DNA of 64,000 nucleotides from Candidatus Woesearchaeota archaeon (GCA_018302605.1 JAGVZN010000021.1:14157-78156); one strand, 5' to 3'; positions 37,660 to 48,214 are shown, counted from the stretch's first letter. Notes: a model not told the origin generated them from the letters alone. Program-made: numbers and translations.

Positions 37660-39138
37660 ATGAAGTTCCGCGTCAAAGATATGGATATTGCTTCCGGGGG
37701 TATCCTGATTGCTATTCTCAATCAAAAAGACGCGGCGAAACTTGATCTCCATTCTGGTGATCGTATTCTCCTGCGCAACGATGGCAGCGAAGCGACGTGT
37801 ATTCTCGATATCTCTGAAAGCGATAAAGCAGTTCCTGAGGGAAAGATCGGCTTATTTGAAGAAGTATTAGATCGCCTGCGGCTGAAAAATAATAGCATAG
37901 TTACTCTGCGTTTTACCGGGAAACCAGAATCTGTTGTGCACATCCGCGATAAATTGTATGGGAAGCGGCTCACCTATCAGGAATTATACCATATTATGGA
38001 TGACATCACCCACGATCGCCTGACCGATATTGAAAAAACCTATTTTGTTTCCGCTGGTCTCGTCAACGGCTGGAATACGGAGGAAGTCGTCGATATGACG
38101 CGGGCAATGGTGGAGACGGGTAAACGCGTAAAATTTAAAGGCCCAACTTTAGACAAACACAGTATTGGTGGTGTTCCGGGGAACAGGACGACGATGGTTA
38201 TCATTCCGATCGTCGCCGCCGCCGGCTTCACCATCGCGAAAACGAGTTCACGGGCAATCACTTCCCCCGCAGGAACAGCCGACACGATGGAATGTCTGGC
38301 TAATGTAGAATTACCGGAAAAAAAGATCAAGCAGGTAGTCCATAAAACAAAAGCCTGCATGGTCCACGGCGGTTCAATGAATTTGGCGCCAGCAGATGAC
38401 AAGATTATCGAAGTCGAACATCCGCTGTCCATCGATCCCGAAGGGCAGCTTCTCGCTTCAGTGATGGCCAAGAAATATTCGGTGACAGCACGGCACGTAC
38501 TTATCGATGTGCCGATGGGCAAAAGTACAAAAGCGAATACATGGAAGAAAGCAAAACGGCTGCGCAAGATGTTCCGGCTTGTGGGCAAGAAGTTGGGGAT
38601 GGATGTTCGGGTGATCATTACTGATGGATCTCATCCCATCGGCAATGGCATCGGTCCGTTGTTGGAAGCAGAAGATGTGATGGCCGTCCTGCGCAATGAT
38701 CCGCTTGCTCCGGATGATCTGCGGCGGAAAGCCCTGATGATGGCTGGGATACTGTTAGAAATGACGGGGAAATATAAAAAAGGGAAAGGGCTGGTAAAAG
38801 CGCGGGAGATATTGGAAAGTGGAAAAGCGCTCCAGAAGATGGAAGAGATCATCCGGATTCAAGGTCGAAAAAGAAGACCAAAGTTAGGCGTATTCTGCCA
38901 CCATGTCTGCAGTGGAAAGATGGGACGGGTGGGGCAGATCGATAATGATGTGATCGCGAAGATTGCGCGGATTGCCGGTGCGCCGGCGGACAAAGGAGCA
39001 GGCCTGTTCCTGCGCAAAAAGATTCATGAAGTTGTTAAAAAAGGGGAGTCCATCTACACGGTCTATGCCGAGAATAAATTTAAGCTGGATCTGGCGATGG
39101 AGTTAATTCGTAAGAACACGGGGTATGTCGTGAAATGA
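37660..39138 (+). CDS. AMP phosphorylase (thymidine-phosphorylase family)
   Basis: Start at 37660 gives about 492 aa with an N-terminal extension; DKHSIGGVPGNRTTMV signature; tracked ORF begins at 37600. Confidence 0.8.
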   Translation: MKFRVKDMDIASGGILIAILNQKDAAKLDLHSGDRILLRNDGSEATCILDISESDKAVPEGKIGLFEEVLDRLRLKNNSIVTLRFTGKPESVVHIRDKLYGKRLTYQELYHIMDDITHDRLTDIEKTYFVSAGLVNGWNTEEVVDMTRAMVETGKRVKFKGPTLDKHSIGGVPGNRTTMVIIPIVAAAGFTIAKTSSRAITSPAGTADTMECLANVELPEKKIKQVVHKTKACMVHGGSMNLAPADDKIIEVEHPLSIDPEGQLLASVMAKKYSVTARHVLIDVPMGKSTKANTWKKAKRLRKMFRLVGKKLGMDVRVIITDGSHPIGNGIGPLLEAEDVMAVLRNDPLAPDDLRRKALMMAGILLEMTGKYKKGKGLVKAREILESGKALQKMEEIIRIQGRKRRPKLGVFCHHVCSGKMGRVGQIDNDVIAKIARIAGAPADKGAGLFLRKKIHEVVKKGESIYTVYAENKFKLDLAMELIRKNTGYVVK

Positions 39139-39680
39139 TGGTCAAGCGCATTTTCAAAGGACTGGGAACGGAAAAAGCAAAAATAGAAATTGATCTACGT
39201 TCCGCCTTGCGACGGAGGGAACGTCTTGGCTCTCCAGACATTTTAACTATCCTCAAGAGCGAGATCCAACGCGCAGAAAAGAATCTGCAAAGAGTTGATG
39301 AGTTCTATCGAAAGAACCTCCGCTTCAGGGATCGTCTCTCTGATCGGATTGCCGAAGTGGGGGGAAGCTGGGTATTTATCCTCTCATTTTTAGTGTTTCT
39401 CTTTGCCTGGATGATCTTGAATAGCCTGATCCTGGTGGAAAAAGCCTATGATCATTACCCTTATATCTTATTGAATCTGATCTTGTCAACACTGGCGGCG
39501 ATCCAGGCGCCGATTATCTTGATGAGCCAGAATCGGGCATCGAAGCGTGACCAGGCGCGGATGGAGATCGATCTCGAAAAAGATTTAAGGGATCTCCACG
39601 TCGATGAGGCATCGCATCGGATCTTATTAGAATTGCGGCGGGATCTGGAGTTGGTCAAGAAGAAGATTGGCGTGAAATGA
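39135..39680 (+). CDS. DUF1003-type membrane protein
   Basis: GGSWVFILSFLVFLFAWMILN plus second TM and conserved NRASKRD region. Confidence 0.55.
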   Translation: MMVKRIFKGLGTEKAKIEIDLRSALRRRERLGSPDILTILKSEIQRAEKNLQRVDEFYRKNLRFRDRLSDRIAEVGGSWVFILSFLVFLFAWMILNSLILVEKAYDHYPYILLNLILSTLAAIQAPIILMSQNRASKRDQARMEIDLEKDLRDLHVDEASHRILLELRRDLELVKKKIGVK

Positions 39681-39847
39681 TTTTTTTTGGACGACTATAA
39701 TAGTGCTATCACTCACTCACAAAATGTGGCAGTAACCAATTTGTGCACAGTGAAGTATGGTCTCTTCACTGAGTGTTTCGGATTGTGCTTGGCAACAGCA
39801 AAGTATATAAATCTCAACGGATTCTTTTATTCATAAAAGGGATGTAG

Positions 39848-42800
39848 ATGACACCAAAGACAAAACAAAATATTTCTAAGAATAGATTGTTCATTCTTGC
39901 CGCTAGTGTCTTGATTCTGGTGGTTCTTATCGGTATTCTTTATCCGCTGGTGAAAGAGAAAGGGGTGGTGGGTAAGGCGGTGGCGGTGCCAAAGACCGTT
40001 TCAATATCCGGTTGTAATGGACCTGGGGACGCAGGAAAAGTTATTTTTAACAAAAATGAGGGGACATCATTGTGCTTGGGATCTTATGATCAAGGTGTTT
40101 TTTGTCGGGCAGAAAATCTCGGTTTCATCCAAAATATCAATGGCCAGTTTGATGTGCGCTGTTCAATGCCTGGTGGTACGCTAGCTTGGCTGGAATGTAA
40201 CACGGATGGGGTTAAAAGCGGCAGCGGTGCAATCGTAGATGTTCAGGATGGAGCAGTCTATGGAACAGCCTCCCAAAGTAAAACGCTCTGCGCGCAAAAT
40301 GGCGGATATGAAAGCTGGTTTGTCTGTCCGCTGGGTTCAAAAGTGGGGAAAAGCGGCGGCGTTGATGATCAAGCAATGGTGCAGACGCCGAAAGGGGATT
40401 ATTGGTGTGATGATTTTAAACAAAAATGGAAGTTATGCGATGCCTCATTAAAAAATCAGGGTTTTAATGAGAAAGACGGAAAGACCGTGTTGTACTATTG
40501 CCAGGAGAAAGACGGGGAATTGAGATGGGATAAGTGCTCTTATACCACTCTTGGAAAAATTACCAATAACAAAATCAGATACTGTAACGGCGTCGAGTGG
40601 AAGAAATGTGATGCTTCCAGCGTTGGCGTAAATCCCACCTCAACGCTTTATTGTGCTGGTTCAGGTAATTGGCAAGAATGTCAAAAAGAAAATTCTTTCA
40701 GTTCCGACTATAAAGCATTATGTAAAAATAAAAACTGGGAAGTGCTTCCCGTTGTCGAAGTGCCGCCGGAAGGATACAGCTGGGAAAAAGCACCCACTCC
40801 GCAGTCGGCGGTGGGAGCCGGTAAGACCATCAGTAATCAATATTTTAATAATGTCAATGGAAAGATTGTTGTTGAAGAACCCACAAAATATTATTGTCCA
40901 ACAATTTCATTCTGTCCGGGAAAACCCTACAAGCTTGGCACCGACAGCACATTTCTTTGTTATAACGATGCCACTATTCTTTCAAAAACCGATTTATGCA
41001 CTCTTCAACAGAATGGGCAGGGGCTATGGCTGTCCTGCGCTCAAAATCTGCCTCAGCAGTATAAATTATACCACGAAAAATATCTCTGTGTGACCAAGAC
41101 CCTCCAAAACCAACCAACTTCGTTCTGGGAGAAATGCGATCAAGACAAAGTCTCCGGTGATAATAATGGATACTATTGCGACGGTACAAAATGGACAGAA
41201 TGCACCTCCGCTCTGGAAGGGATGGCCAGCGCGAATGATAATTATCTCTGCATCAATAAAAAATGGACCGGCGTTTTTGTTCTTAACAGCATGAGTATTT
41301 TTGAAACCAAAGTGATAAAAGGCGGGAAAGCGAAAAATATCAAAAAAGATCCTGCGGGTTCAGATCCTTTAGCCGATGTAACAACCCTCTGCGACACTGG
41401 CACGGAAAATGTCCAAGTCAAAGCGACGCTGTGTTTAGGCGCACCACAGACGCAGACATTAACTGTCTCTTCCATTGCTTTCTTGCAGGGGTCTAATCAG
41501 CCGCTGACCGTCAAAAATGATTTGCTCTACACCTATGACGAAGCCGAGCCGAAAACGGTGAGTGTGCATGCGATCATTCATCCCAAAGGCGCTTCCGTAA
41601 CACTTGCCGAGTCAGTTCTGGCCAATAATTTTGCCCATGGCCGCCGTCTGGCCGTGGAAGTAGATGGACAATATTACTTGCTTGTCCAATCTCTTGCCGG
41701 AAAGCTGGACTTAACTGCGCTGCAGTTGATCTCCCTGCCTTCGGAAGAGGCTGTTCCGGTAACCGCGCTGGCTTCAGATAAATACCAATTTGAAATCCAG
41801 GCGAAGAAAGTATTGACCTTAACCTATGACGGAACGAACGTGGTTATTGCCGTCGGAAAACCGACCGAAGCGTTGGCCGGACAGGTTACCCAGCATACTC
41901 TGGCCGGCGAGTACGAAGTGTCGTTCTCCAAAGCAGAGCCGATATTACTGCAGGATTTTGGCGGTGTGAAATTAGTGCCCTGCCTCTCCGATAAGCCGGC
42001 CGATCCATTGACATTACAAGTATGCCTGACCGACGAATCACAACAGCCTTTCGTGACCTTACAGCGAGATGTGCTGACCGAAGCAGAATTGTTAGGTATT
42101 CCGGTAGCACTGCTTTACCAGTGGAATCTGGAAACAAACAGCAAGCAGGCTTCCATCTTTTATTTGAAACAATTAGATGGCTCGACTGCCGTCCAGCCGA
42201 CAGAATTGCTGTCTGAAGATTTTGTAGACAATCTGGTCAGTGATGGAAAGAGGATTGCCCTTTCCTTTGCCGGGAGCCTTTACTTGATGAGTCATGACGG
42301 AAATCTCTTATCCTTGCCGTGGATCAACTTGACTGCGTATACCGAAGGAAGCATCACCCTGTATAGTTCCGGTTCGCAAAGCGAAAAGACAGTAGACTTT
42401 TTAGTCGATGGTGGAATGATCTCGTTGGCGCGGGAATTTACTGCTCCGCCGCCGCCATTTACGCTTTCTGTGCAGACAAAACAAGAATTGCTGGCAAATC
42501 CATTGGATTTGACGAAAGAACTATCCGCCTCGTTCTCTTCGCAAGTGCCGGTGATGATCGTCAATCCCGTGAATTATGGCGTGCTTGGTCAGGATACAAT
42601 CAGCGCGAATCCGGATGTTCTGGGTTTCAAGCCGTTGTTTAAAGTGAAAGGCGACGTGTCCGGTCAGGCGCAATTGCCCTTGCCGTTCCAGAAGCCATTG
42701 ATCAACGGCAGGACGCTTCTGTATTATTATGGTGCTGAGCTCAAAGATGGGGGATTAGTCAAATCTGCCCGTGTGTTTCTGTTCCATAATCTGACGGACA

Positions 42801-43981
42801 AGGCTGTCGACAGCCAAGCATTTGATGATCAATTCCTGGATATCTTCCTGGGAAAAGGAAACGAGATCGCTTTGGGATTAGGCAATGGGTATTATCTGTT
42901 GAGTTACGCTGGCGCGACGCCGCAGCAAAAACCATCATTCTTTGAGTTTGAGCAGTTGAAGTTGACTTCATTAGACGGGACCCAGAAATTCACACCGCTG
43001 ATCGACGGATTACAAGCTTCTTTTACCGTTGCGCAAGGAACAATCAGCGTCGCCGTCGATCAAGCCGTCACGAAGATGACGTTTACCAAGAAAGGCGCAG
43101 CAGAGATTGCCCTGGAAGCGGTGACCGAATTATTTGATCCGGCTGTGGATTATAAGTATACCCTGGTCCCTGGAAAGATCGTGAATATCGCAGGGGATAC
43201 CTATGAGATCTGTGATAAAGGGACATTCATCAAAGTATTTGATCGCGTACAACTATGTAAGAATGGAAAATTCTACAAGACTGTAAAAAAGACAGATTTT
43301 CTGACAGAAGATGGTGTTTTGATTTATTTCAAATATGATTCTGAACTTAAGCAGAAATTGGTTATTCTGGAGAAATATGTTGATCTTTCACTTTCAAAAG
43401 CAGGCGCTGTTGTCACAAATGATAACTTCCTTGCGCTCTCTCCCGAAAAAATTGGCCTTGGCCTGAAATGGAATAACCAGTGGTACGAACTTGGTTCTAC
43501 TGAGTTTATTTCTCTCTCTAGTGAGGGGTATTGCACCGATGTTGTCAGCGCCTTTACAGTAGATATTGAATCTTTGAGTAGTACCGGTTATATTATCTGC
43601 ACTCAAAATGAAATTAAAAAAGACAAGACCGTTACTTCAACAACAAATCTATTGAAGGTAGAAAAAGAAATAATCGAGATGACGGGCGATGTTACCTACA
43701 CGCTCACGCCAACAACCTACAAATTAGCTTCATCTATCCCCGTGGAAGTGAAAACTACGGAGACGTTCCTTGAACCGGCAGGCGATACATCATTTGCTTA
43801 TGAAGTAAAAGTATCATCGGGGACTGTCTTGGCAGATGTTGTGCTTTCGGTAGACAAAAATGTCTTTTTCAAAGCGTCTCTGCCGGAAGGTGTTAGCAGA
43901 ACAGTTTTACTCCCCAACGGGAAAACGATTAAAGTTACAGTCGTCAATCTTCAGGAAAATATCGTCACGGTGTCAACATGA
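39848..43981 (+). CDS. giant Cys-rich surface protein (1377 aa)
   Basis: N-terminal TM anchor; first about 450 aa hold more than 40 Cys in repeated C-x-W/Y-x-C patterns; long beta-rich remainder. Confidence 0.6.
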   Translation: MTPKTKQNISKNRLFILAASVLILVVLIGILYPLVKEKGVVGKAVAVPKTVSISGCNGPGDAGKVIFNKNEGTSLCLGSYDQGVFCRAENLGFIQNINGQFDVRCSMPGGTLAWLECNTDGVKSGSGAIVDVQDGAVYGTASQSKTLCAQNGGYESWFVCPLGSKVGKSGGVDDQAMVQTPKGDYWCDDFKQKWKLCDASLKNQGFNEKDGKTVLYYCQEKDGELRWDKCSYTTLGKITNNKIRYCNGVEWKKCDASSVGVNPTSTLYCAGSGNWQECQKENSFSSDYKALCKNKNWEVLPVVEVPPEGYSWEKAPTPQSAVGAGKTISNQYFNNVNGKIVVEEPTKYYCPTISFCPGKPYKLGTDSTFLCYNDATILSKTDLCTLQQNGQGLWLSCAQNLPQQYKLYHEKYLCVTKTLQNQPTSFWEKCDQDKVSGDNNGYYCDGTKWTECTSALEGMASANDNYLCINKKWTGVFVLNSMSIFETKVIKGGKAKNIKKDPAGSDPLADVTTLCDTGTENVQVKATLCLGAPQTQTLTVSSIAFLQGSNQPLTVKNDLLYTYDEAEPKTVSVHAIIHPKGASVTLAESVLANNFAHGRRLAVEVDGQYYLLVQSLAGKLDLTALQLISLPSEEAVPVTALASDKYQFEIQAKKVLTLTYDGTNVVIAVGKPTEALAGQVTQHTLAGEYEVSFSKAEPILLQDFGGVKLVPCLSDKPADPLTLQVCLTDESQQPFVTLQRDVLTEAELLGIPVALLYQWNLETNSKQASIFYLKQLDGSTAVQPTELLSEDFVDNLVSDGKRIALSFAGSLYLMSHDGNLLSLPWINLTAYTEGSITLYSSGSQSEKTVDFLVDGGMISLAREFTAPPPPFTLSVQTKQELLANPLDLTKELSASFSSQVPVMIVNPVNYGVLGQDTISANPDVLGFKPLFKVKGDVSGQAQLPLPFQKPLINGRTLLYYYGAELKDGGLVKSARVFLFHNLTDKAVDSQAFDDQFLDIFLGKGNEIALGLGNGYYLLSYAGATPQQKPSFFEFEQLKLTSLDGTQKFTPLIDGLQASFTVAQGTISVAVDQAVTKMTFTKKGAAEIALEAVTELFDPAVDYKYTLVPGKIVNIAGDTYEICDKGTFIKVFDRVQLCKNGKFYKTVKKTDFLTEDGVLIYFKYDSELKQKLVILEKYVDLSLSKAGAVVTNDNFLALSPEKIGLGLKWNNQWYELGSTEFISLSSEGYCTDVVSAFTVDIESLSSTGYIICTQNEIKKDKTVTSTTNLLKVEKEIIEMTGDVTYTLTPTTYKLASSIPVEVKTTETFLEPAGDTSFAYEVKVSSGTVLADVVLSVDKNVFFKASLPEGVSRTVLLPNGKTIKVTVVNLQENIVTVST

Positions 43982-45378
43982 AACAGATAAACCGGCCAGC
44001 AGCAACAACGAGAAAACAGAATCATTCATCCGCTAAGAATTCTTCTTTTAAGAAGAGAAACTCTCCGCCGTCGAAAGGTCTTTCCGTCAGGCTAGCAACG
44101 GTGATTGGTATTTTGATCCTGATCGTTTTGGGCGGACTGTGGTATCAGTTTGCGTCCGTGGGGAAAGCGGTGGAAGCGCCCGTGCCGACTGCCATCAATC
44201 TTGATCTTCAGGCTTCAGAAGAGATCAATATTGAAAATGTTCCGACAATCAAAGTCAAGGCAACTCGTTCTGATGCTGAAGCGAGCGCAGAATATTCTTT
44301 GGATTTTACAGCCAATGAAGATGGGGGCATCAGTTATGTCCTAAAAGATTCAACCGGCGCCATTTTGGCGCAAGAGCTGTTGAATGACCTGTCTGGCGGG
44401 AATGAGATTTATCTCCCGGGTGATGAGCACGCTGATCTGTTGATCAGTTACGCCGCGCCTTATCTGAAAATAGCGAATCTTAATTTCGTCTCTCCGGAAG
44501 CAGTTGAGATCACCGTCTTGGATGCTGCGCAAAAAGTAGTCTCTTCGCCGTTCTTAGCCCTGACCGAGGGAAAAGCGCATTTTATCTTTAATGCAACGAG
44601 CAGCGCCGCACCGACATTGACGGCACTGTGGGCTGACGGCACGCCATTGGGAGAGAGTGTATTTGTGGTTACGCCACCAGAGGAAGGTGCTACATCAACC
44701 GAAGCAACACTAGATTGGAGTCAAGAACAGGATGGAGCTTATCCTTTTGTTGTTACGGGAGGAGTCGGCGATCAGCAGACAATCAAGAGATATGTTCTCA
44801 GCGTTGGCGGCATCTTATATACTCTCAGTGTGAATGATCTTCCTGCCGTCTCGGTCAAACAAGTCGATACGAATACGATTGATGTCACCTATGTTTTTGC
44901 CGAAACGACAGATCTCCAGCCATTTTCCCTGCCCTGCGGCAAACTAGAGCTTGTCGATGGAACGATTTCAGATGATCTCAAAGCGAAGATTGAGGTCATT
45001 TCCTCTTATTTCGGAGGAGTTAAGCAGTGGAAGAAGGATGTTCCCTCTAATTTCAAAGAACTGCAATCAAATAAAGGTTACTTTCTCCAACGCAAGACTG
45101 CGCAGGGAGAATTAAGTTTCACGGTGCAATGTACCTCGAGTAAGGGCATACTTCCTCCCGATTCCACCCCGTTATTTTCTCTTCCTTTGCTGAATAAAGG
45201 CTGGAATCTCATTGGGATCAGCGGTTATGAACCAGTCGCTGTCAAAAAATTAGAAGCCTCCATTCCGCCCTACACAAGTATCTCTGCTCTCTATTCTTTG
45301 ACCCTACAAGGGGCCGATACGATCACTCCCGTTAGCGAATTGGAACCAGGCAGAGCCTATTGGGTGATGGTACAATGA
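43978..45378 (+). CDS. surface/secreted protein
   Basis: N-terminal TM (VIGILILIVLGGLWY); overlaps the stop of the upstream gene (ATGA). Confidence 0.5.
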   Translation: MKQINRPAATTRKQNHSSAKNSSFKKRNSPPSKGLSVRLATVIGILILIVLGGLWYQFASVGKAVEAPVPTAINLDLQASEEINIENVPTIKVKATRSDAEASAEYSLDFTANEDGGISYVLKDSTGAILAQELLNDLSGGNEIYLPGDEHADLLISYAAPYLKIANLNFVSPEAVEITVLDAAQKVVSSPFLALTEGKAHFIFNATSSAAPTLTALWADGTPLGESVFVVTPPEEGATSTEATLDWSQEQDGAYPFVVTGGVGDQQTIKRYVLSVGGILYTLSVNDLPAVSVKQVDTNTIDVTYVFAETTDLQPFSLPCGKLELVDGTISDDLKAKIEVISSYFGGVKQWKKDVPSNFKELQSNKGYFLQRKTAQGELSFTVQCTSSKGILPPDSTPLFSLPLLNKGWNLIGISGYEPVAVKKLEASIPPYTSISALYSLTLQGADTITPVSELEPGRAYWVMVQ

Positions 45379-46307
45379 AGAGATTGGCATTATCTTTAAT
45401 TGTTATTTGTATACTCATCATCTCTGCTTTTTCTCTTCTTGCCCAAGAAGCGCCACCTTCGTTGGAAAATCACCAGTTTTATGGGGAAGTACATTGGGAT
45501 AAAACGGCAAAAGATCCGGTAACAGTGATTGCCAAAGTTGGAAGCAATTCTTTTTCATCTTTGATCAAAAAAGAAGCGTGCGGCGAAAAGACGTGCACGG
45601 GCTCTTATGGGAAAGATTCAGATAATATCCTGCGTGTTCAGGCGAGCAGCGGGGCAGCAATCCAATTTTATCTGGATACGATAAAACTGCCCGTGACTGC
45701 GGCTTACACAGCGGGAAAAGTGACTATTTTAGACTTGAATGTCGCCACGTTCCCAGTTGAGAAATCGGGTTGTATCCCCGATTGGAATTGCGCTTCCTGG
45801 TCAAGCTGTACTGCCGGCAAAGAGACAAGGAGCTGTACTGACCAAAATATCTGTAATCTGGACAAGCTGACCAAGAAAGAAACACGAAGTTGCGGCGCGG
45901 CAGTTGCCGGGGCAGAAGACAGTTTAGAATGTTCCTATCATTGGGATTGCGCTCAATGGGGTGTCTGTATCGGCAGCCAACAGCTGCGGACATGCACACG
46001 GATTGATGATTGTGATGCTCAATTTGCTGCCGGAACCGTCTCATCTGTTGTTGAATATGCTCAACCGACTGAATCTCAATCCTGTATTGCTGGATTAGCG
46101 GGAAGTCTGCCGTTGAAGACGGCGGGAGCACCAGCTGGTCTGCCGAAATCAACCATGCCGCCGGCAAAAGAAGATATTTCGGAACAAGCTGGCTCGGAAC
46201 AAGCCGGCCTTTCGCTGTGGGTTTATGTGGGGATTGTGGTGATACTTTTGGGAATTATTGGCTTGTGGCTGGTGTTGAGAAGAAGAACAGCACCGCCGGC
46301 ATATTAA
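45360..46307 (+). CDS. Cys-rich surface protein with C-terminal TM anchor
   Basis: Signal peptide; repeated CxxWxxCxxGxxxRxC modules; C-terminal VGIVVILLGIIGLWLVLRRR. Confidence 0.5.
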   Translation: MGDGTMKRLALSLIVICILIISAFSLLAQEAPPSLENHQFYGEVHWDKTAKDPVTVIAKVGSNSFSSLIKKEACGEKTCTGSYGKDSDNILRVQASSGAAIQFYLDTIKLPVTAAYTAGKVTILDLNVATFPVEKSGCIPDWNCASWSSCTAGKETRSCTDQNICNLDKLTKKETRSCGAAVAGAEDSLECSYHWDCAQWGVCIGSQQLRTCTRIDDCDAQFAAGTVSSVVEYAQPTESQSCIAGLAGSLPLKTAGAPAGLPKSTMPPAKEDISEQAGSEQAGLSLWVYVGIVVILLGIIGLWLVLRRRTAPPAY

Positions 46308-46468
46308 TCGGTTTTGAATTTCTTTCTTTTGGTGAGTAATAGCAAATCTCTTTAATGATGGGACTTTGGGAGATTTGCTATCACTCAGAAAAGGGATTGT
46401 GCCAAAAGAACAGAAATGTTTATATAATTCTTACTTATCTTACTTGTAAGAACAAACTGGTGACCAAA

Positions 46469-46717
46469 ATGCCGCTATTAGAAATAAGAACTGCAACTGT
46501 AACTGAGAAAGGTCAAATTGCTATCCCGAAAAATATCAGAAAACTTGAAGGATTCAAAGAGGGGATGAAAATTGCAATCCTTGCGTTTGACAATAAAGTA
46601 GAACTACGACCATTAAAACAATTTGATGAAAAGATGTTTCCAGCTCTAGCCAGTGAAAAATCTTTAGCAAAAGATTGGCTGACCAGAGAAGAGGATGAAG
46701 CATGGAAACATTTGTAA
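46469..46717 (+). CDS. AbrB/MazE-type antitoxin
   Basis: TEKGQIAIPKNIRKLEGFKEGMKIAI swapped-hairpin motif; start taken at MPLLEIR; stop overlaps the toxin start. Confidence 0.6.
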   Translation: MPLLEIRTATVTEKGQIAIPKNIRKLEGFKEGMKIAILAFDNKVELRPLKQFDEKMFPALASEKSLAKDWLTREEDEAWKHL

Positions 46718-47037
46718 AAGGGGATGTGGTAGTTCTTCTTTTCCCTTTCTCTGACTTAAGTTCATCTCGGAAACGACCAGCTGTTGTAATTGCCAATCTC
46801 AGTGGTGATGATCTCATCCTTGCACAAATAACAAGTGCTGTCTCTCGTAGAGACGAATATGCCGTATCTCTCGAAACAAAGGATTTCCAAATAGGGAAGT
46901 TAGATGTGTCCAGTCTTATACGACCAAATAAACTTTTTACTGCTGATATTTCAATAATCTCCTCAAAAAGAGGGTCATTAAAAGAAAGCAAAATCAAAGA
47001 AGTTCAGGACTATTTGATCAATATTTTCAAAAAATAA
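46702..47037 (+). CDS. MazF/PemK-type toxin endoribonuclease
   Basis: GDVVVLLFPFSD ... KRPAVVIAN matches the PemK/MazF core. Confidence 0.65.
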   Translation: METFVKGDVVVLLFPFSDLSSSRKRPAVVIANLSGDDLILAQITSAVSRRDEYAVSLETKDFQIGKLDVSSLIRPNKLFTADISIISSKRGSLKESKIKEVQDYLINIFKK

Positions 47038-47056
47038 TCAATAAACATAAGTCCAT

Positions 47057-47488
47057 TCAAATCAACCCCGTGCTGCCAAACCCGCCCCGGCTCTCGCTAT
47101 TCATGGTCTCTACTTCTTCAAAATTAACGGTATGATGATTCATGATCAGCATCTGGGCAATTCTTGTGCCTCGTTCAATGGTTACCTCTTTATCAGTATA
47201 ATTTAATGCCGCGAAATGGTACTCGTCGTTATCTCCACAAAAATCACTATCTCCAATTCCGATGCCATTAACAGAGGTAATCCCTAATTTGTGAGTCGAA
47301 CTTCTATTTGCCAACAAGATGCAAGTCCCCGGCGGAATGCCGAGACAGATGTTTAAGGGGATATACGCGACTTCTCTCGGCTTGATTGTCATTGTTTCAC
47401 GTGCATACACATCAAACGCAGCGGCGCCTGTTGTCTTGTATTCCGGTAACGGAAGTGATTTGTCGATGCGTTTGATCCGGATGTGCAT
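47057..47488 (-). CDS. dut: dUTP diphosphatase
   Basis: C-terminal RGGFGSTG motif V and beta-barrel body; start taken at MHIRIKR. Confidence 0.7.
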   Translation of the reverse strand: MHIRIKRIDKSLPLPEYKTTGAAAFDVYARETMTIKPREVAYIPLNICLGIPPGTCILLANRSSTHKLGITSVNGIGIGDSDFCGDNDEYHFAALNYTDKEVTIERGTRIAQMLIMNHHTVNFEEVETMNSESRGGFGSTGLI

Positions 47489-47516
47489 GAGATTGTGAAG
47501 AAAATATTTCTGATAT

Positions 47517-48185
47517 TTAAGTACTGCGGTTGTCTGGCACAATCCCCTCTCCTCTTTTGACCAAAAAAGTGACCAGGCTACTCCTTCGCTGAAATTCTTC
47601 TCTAGCCGTTGCTTCCCTACTTTTAAAATAAAAGAAACTGCCTTTTGCAGCTGCTCTCATTAACAGATGACAAGGTAAAACATTAAGCGCTTTTTGCGAT
47701 GGTCCTCTCAATGAATCTTCCCCGAATGGCAACTCCTCCATCTGGGCCGCTAAATCAGTAATCCTATATTCAAGATCCCCAATACAGCGCTGGATCAATG
47801 ATTTCCTGCTTTCTCCTAATTGCATCCTTGCCAGCGGCACCAGGTATCGGCCTTCCCCGCGCACGGATACCGTTGCGCTAATCGCATCGTAGCGAGAATC
47901 TAAAAAATTAGAGATATCCATGGGAGGGGTTCCGAGATAATTATCGCGAAATTGTTTTCCGTCTCCATAAAAAAATGCTTGTTCAGGGTCAAAAGTAAAA
48001 AGGCTTTGATCTTGATTTAAGCAGCCTGGGATGGTAATTCCATTAATATTGCTGGTCACCCTTCCACGCTGTTTTTCCCGAGCATAGAATCTGACGATCG
48101 TGTCTTGTAGATCATCCGTATCCCTAGGGATGGACACTAAAGTATAGACGATGCTGATGGTACTTCTAAATTGATGGCTAAACAT
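47517..48185 (-). CDS. hypothetical protein downstream of the ClpX-like ATPase
   Basis: 222 aa with no recognisable motif; 30 nt downstream of 48215-49771 on the same strand. Confidence 0.45.
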   Translation of the reverse strand: MFSHQFRSTISIVYTLVSIPRDTDDLQDTIVRFYAREKQRGRVTSNINGITIPGCLNQDQSLFTFDPEQAFFYGDGKQFRDNYLGTPPMDISNFLDSRYDAISATVSVRGEGRYLVPLARMQLGESRKSLIQRCIGDLEYRITDLAAQMEELPFGEDSLRGPSQKALNVLPCHLLMRAAAKGSFFYFKSREATAREEFQRRSSLVTFLVKRGEGIVPDNRST

Positions 48186-48214
48186 GGGGAATTGTGTGTG
48201 GATTATTTTTAATT

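Noticed and set aside
38040-38852. Minus-strand ORFs inside the AMP phosphorylase gene
   Set aside because: Antisense to a gene with a diagnostic thymidine-phosphorylase signature.
45724-46167. 147-aa minus-strand ORF
   Set aside because: Antisense to the Cys-rich surface protein gene 45360-46307.
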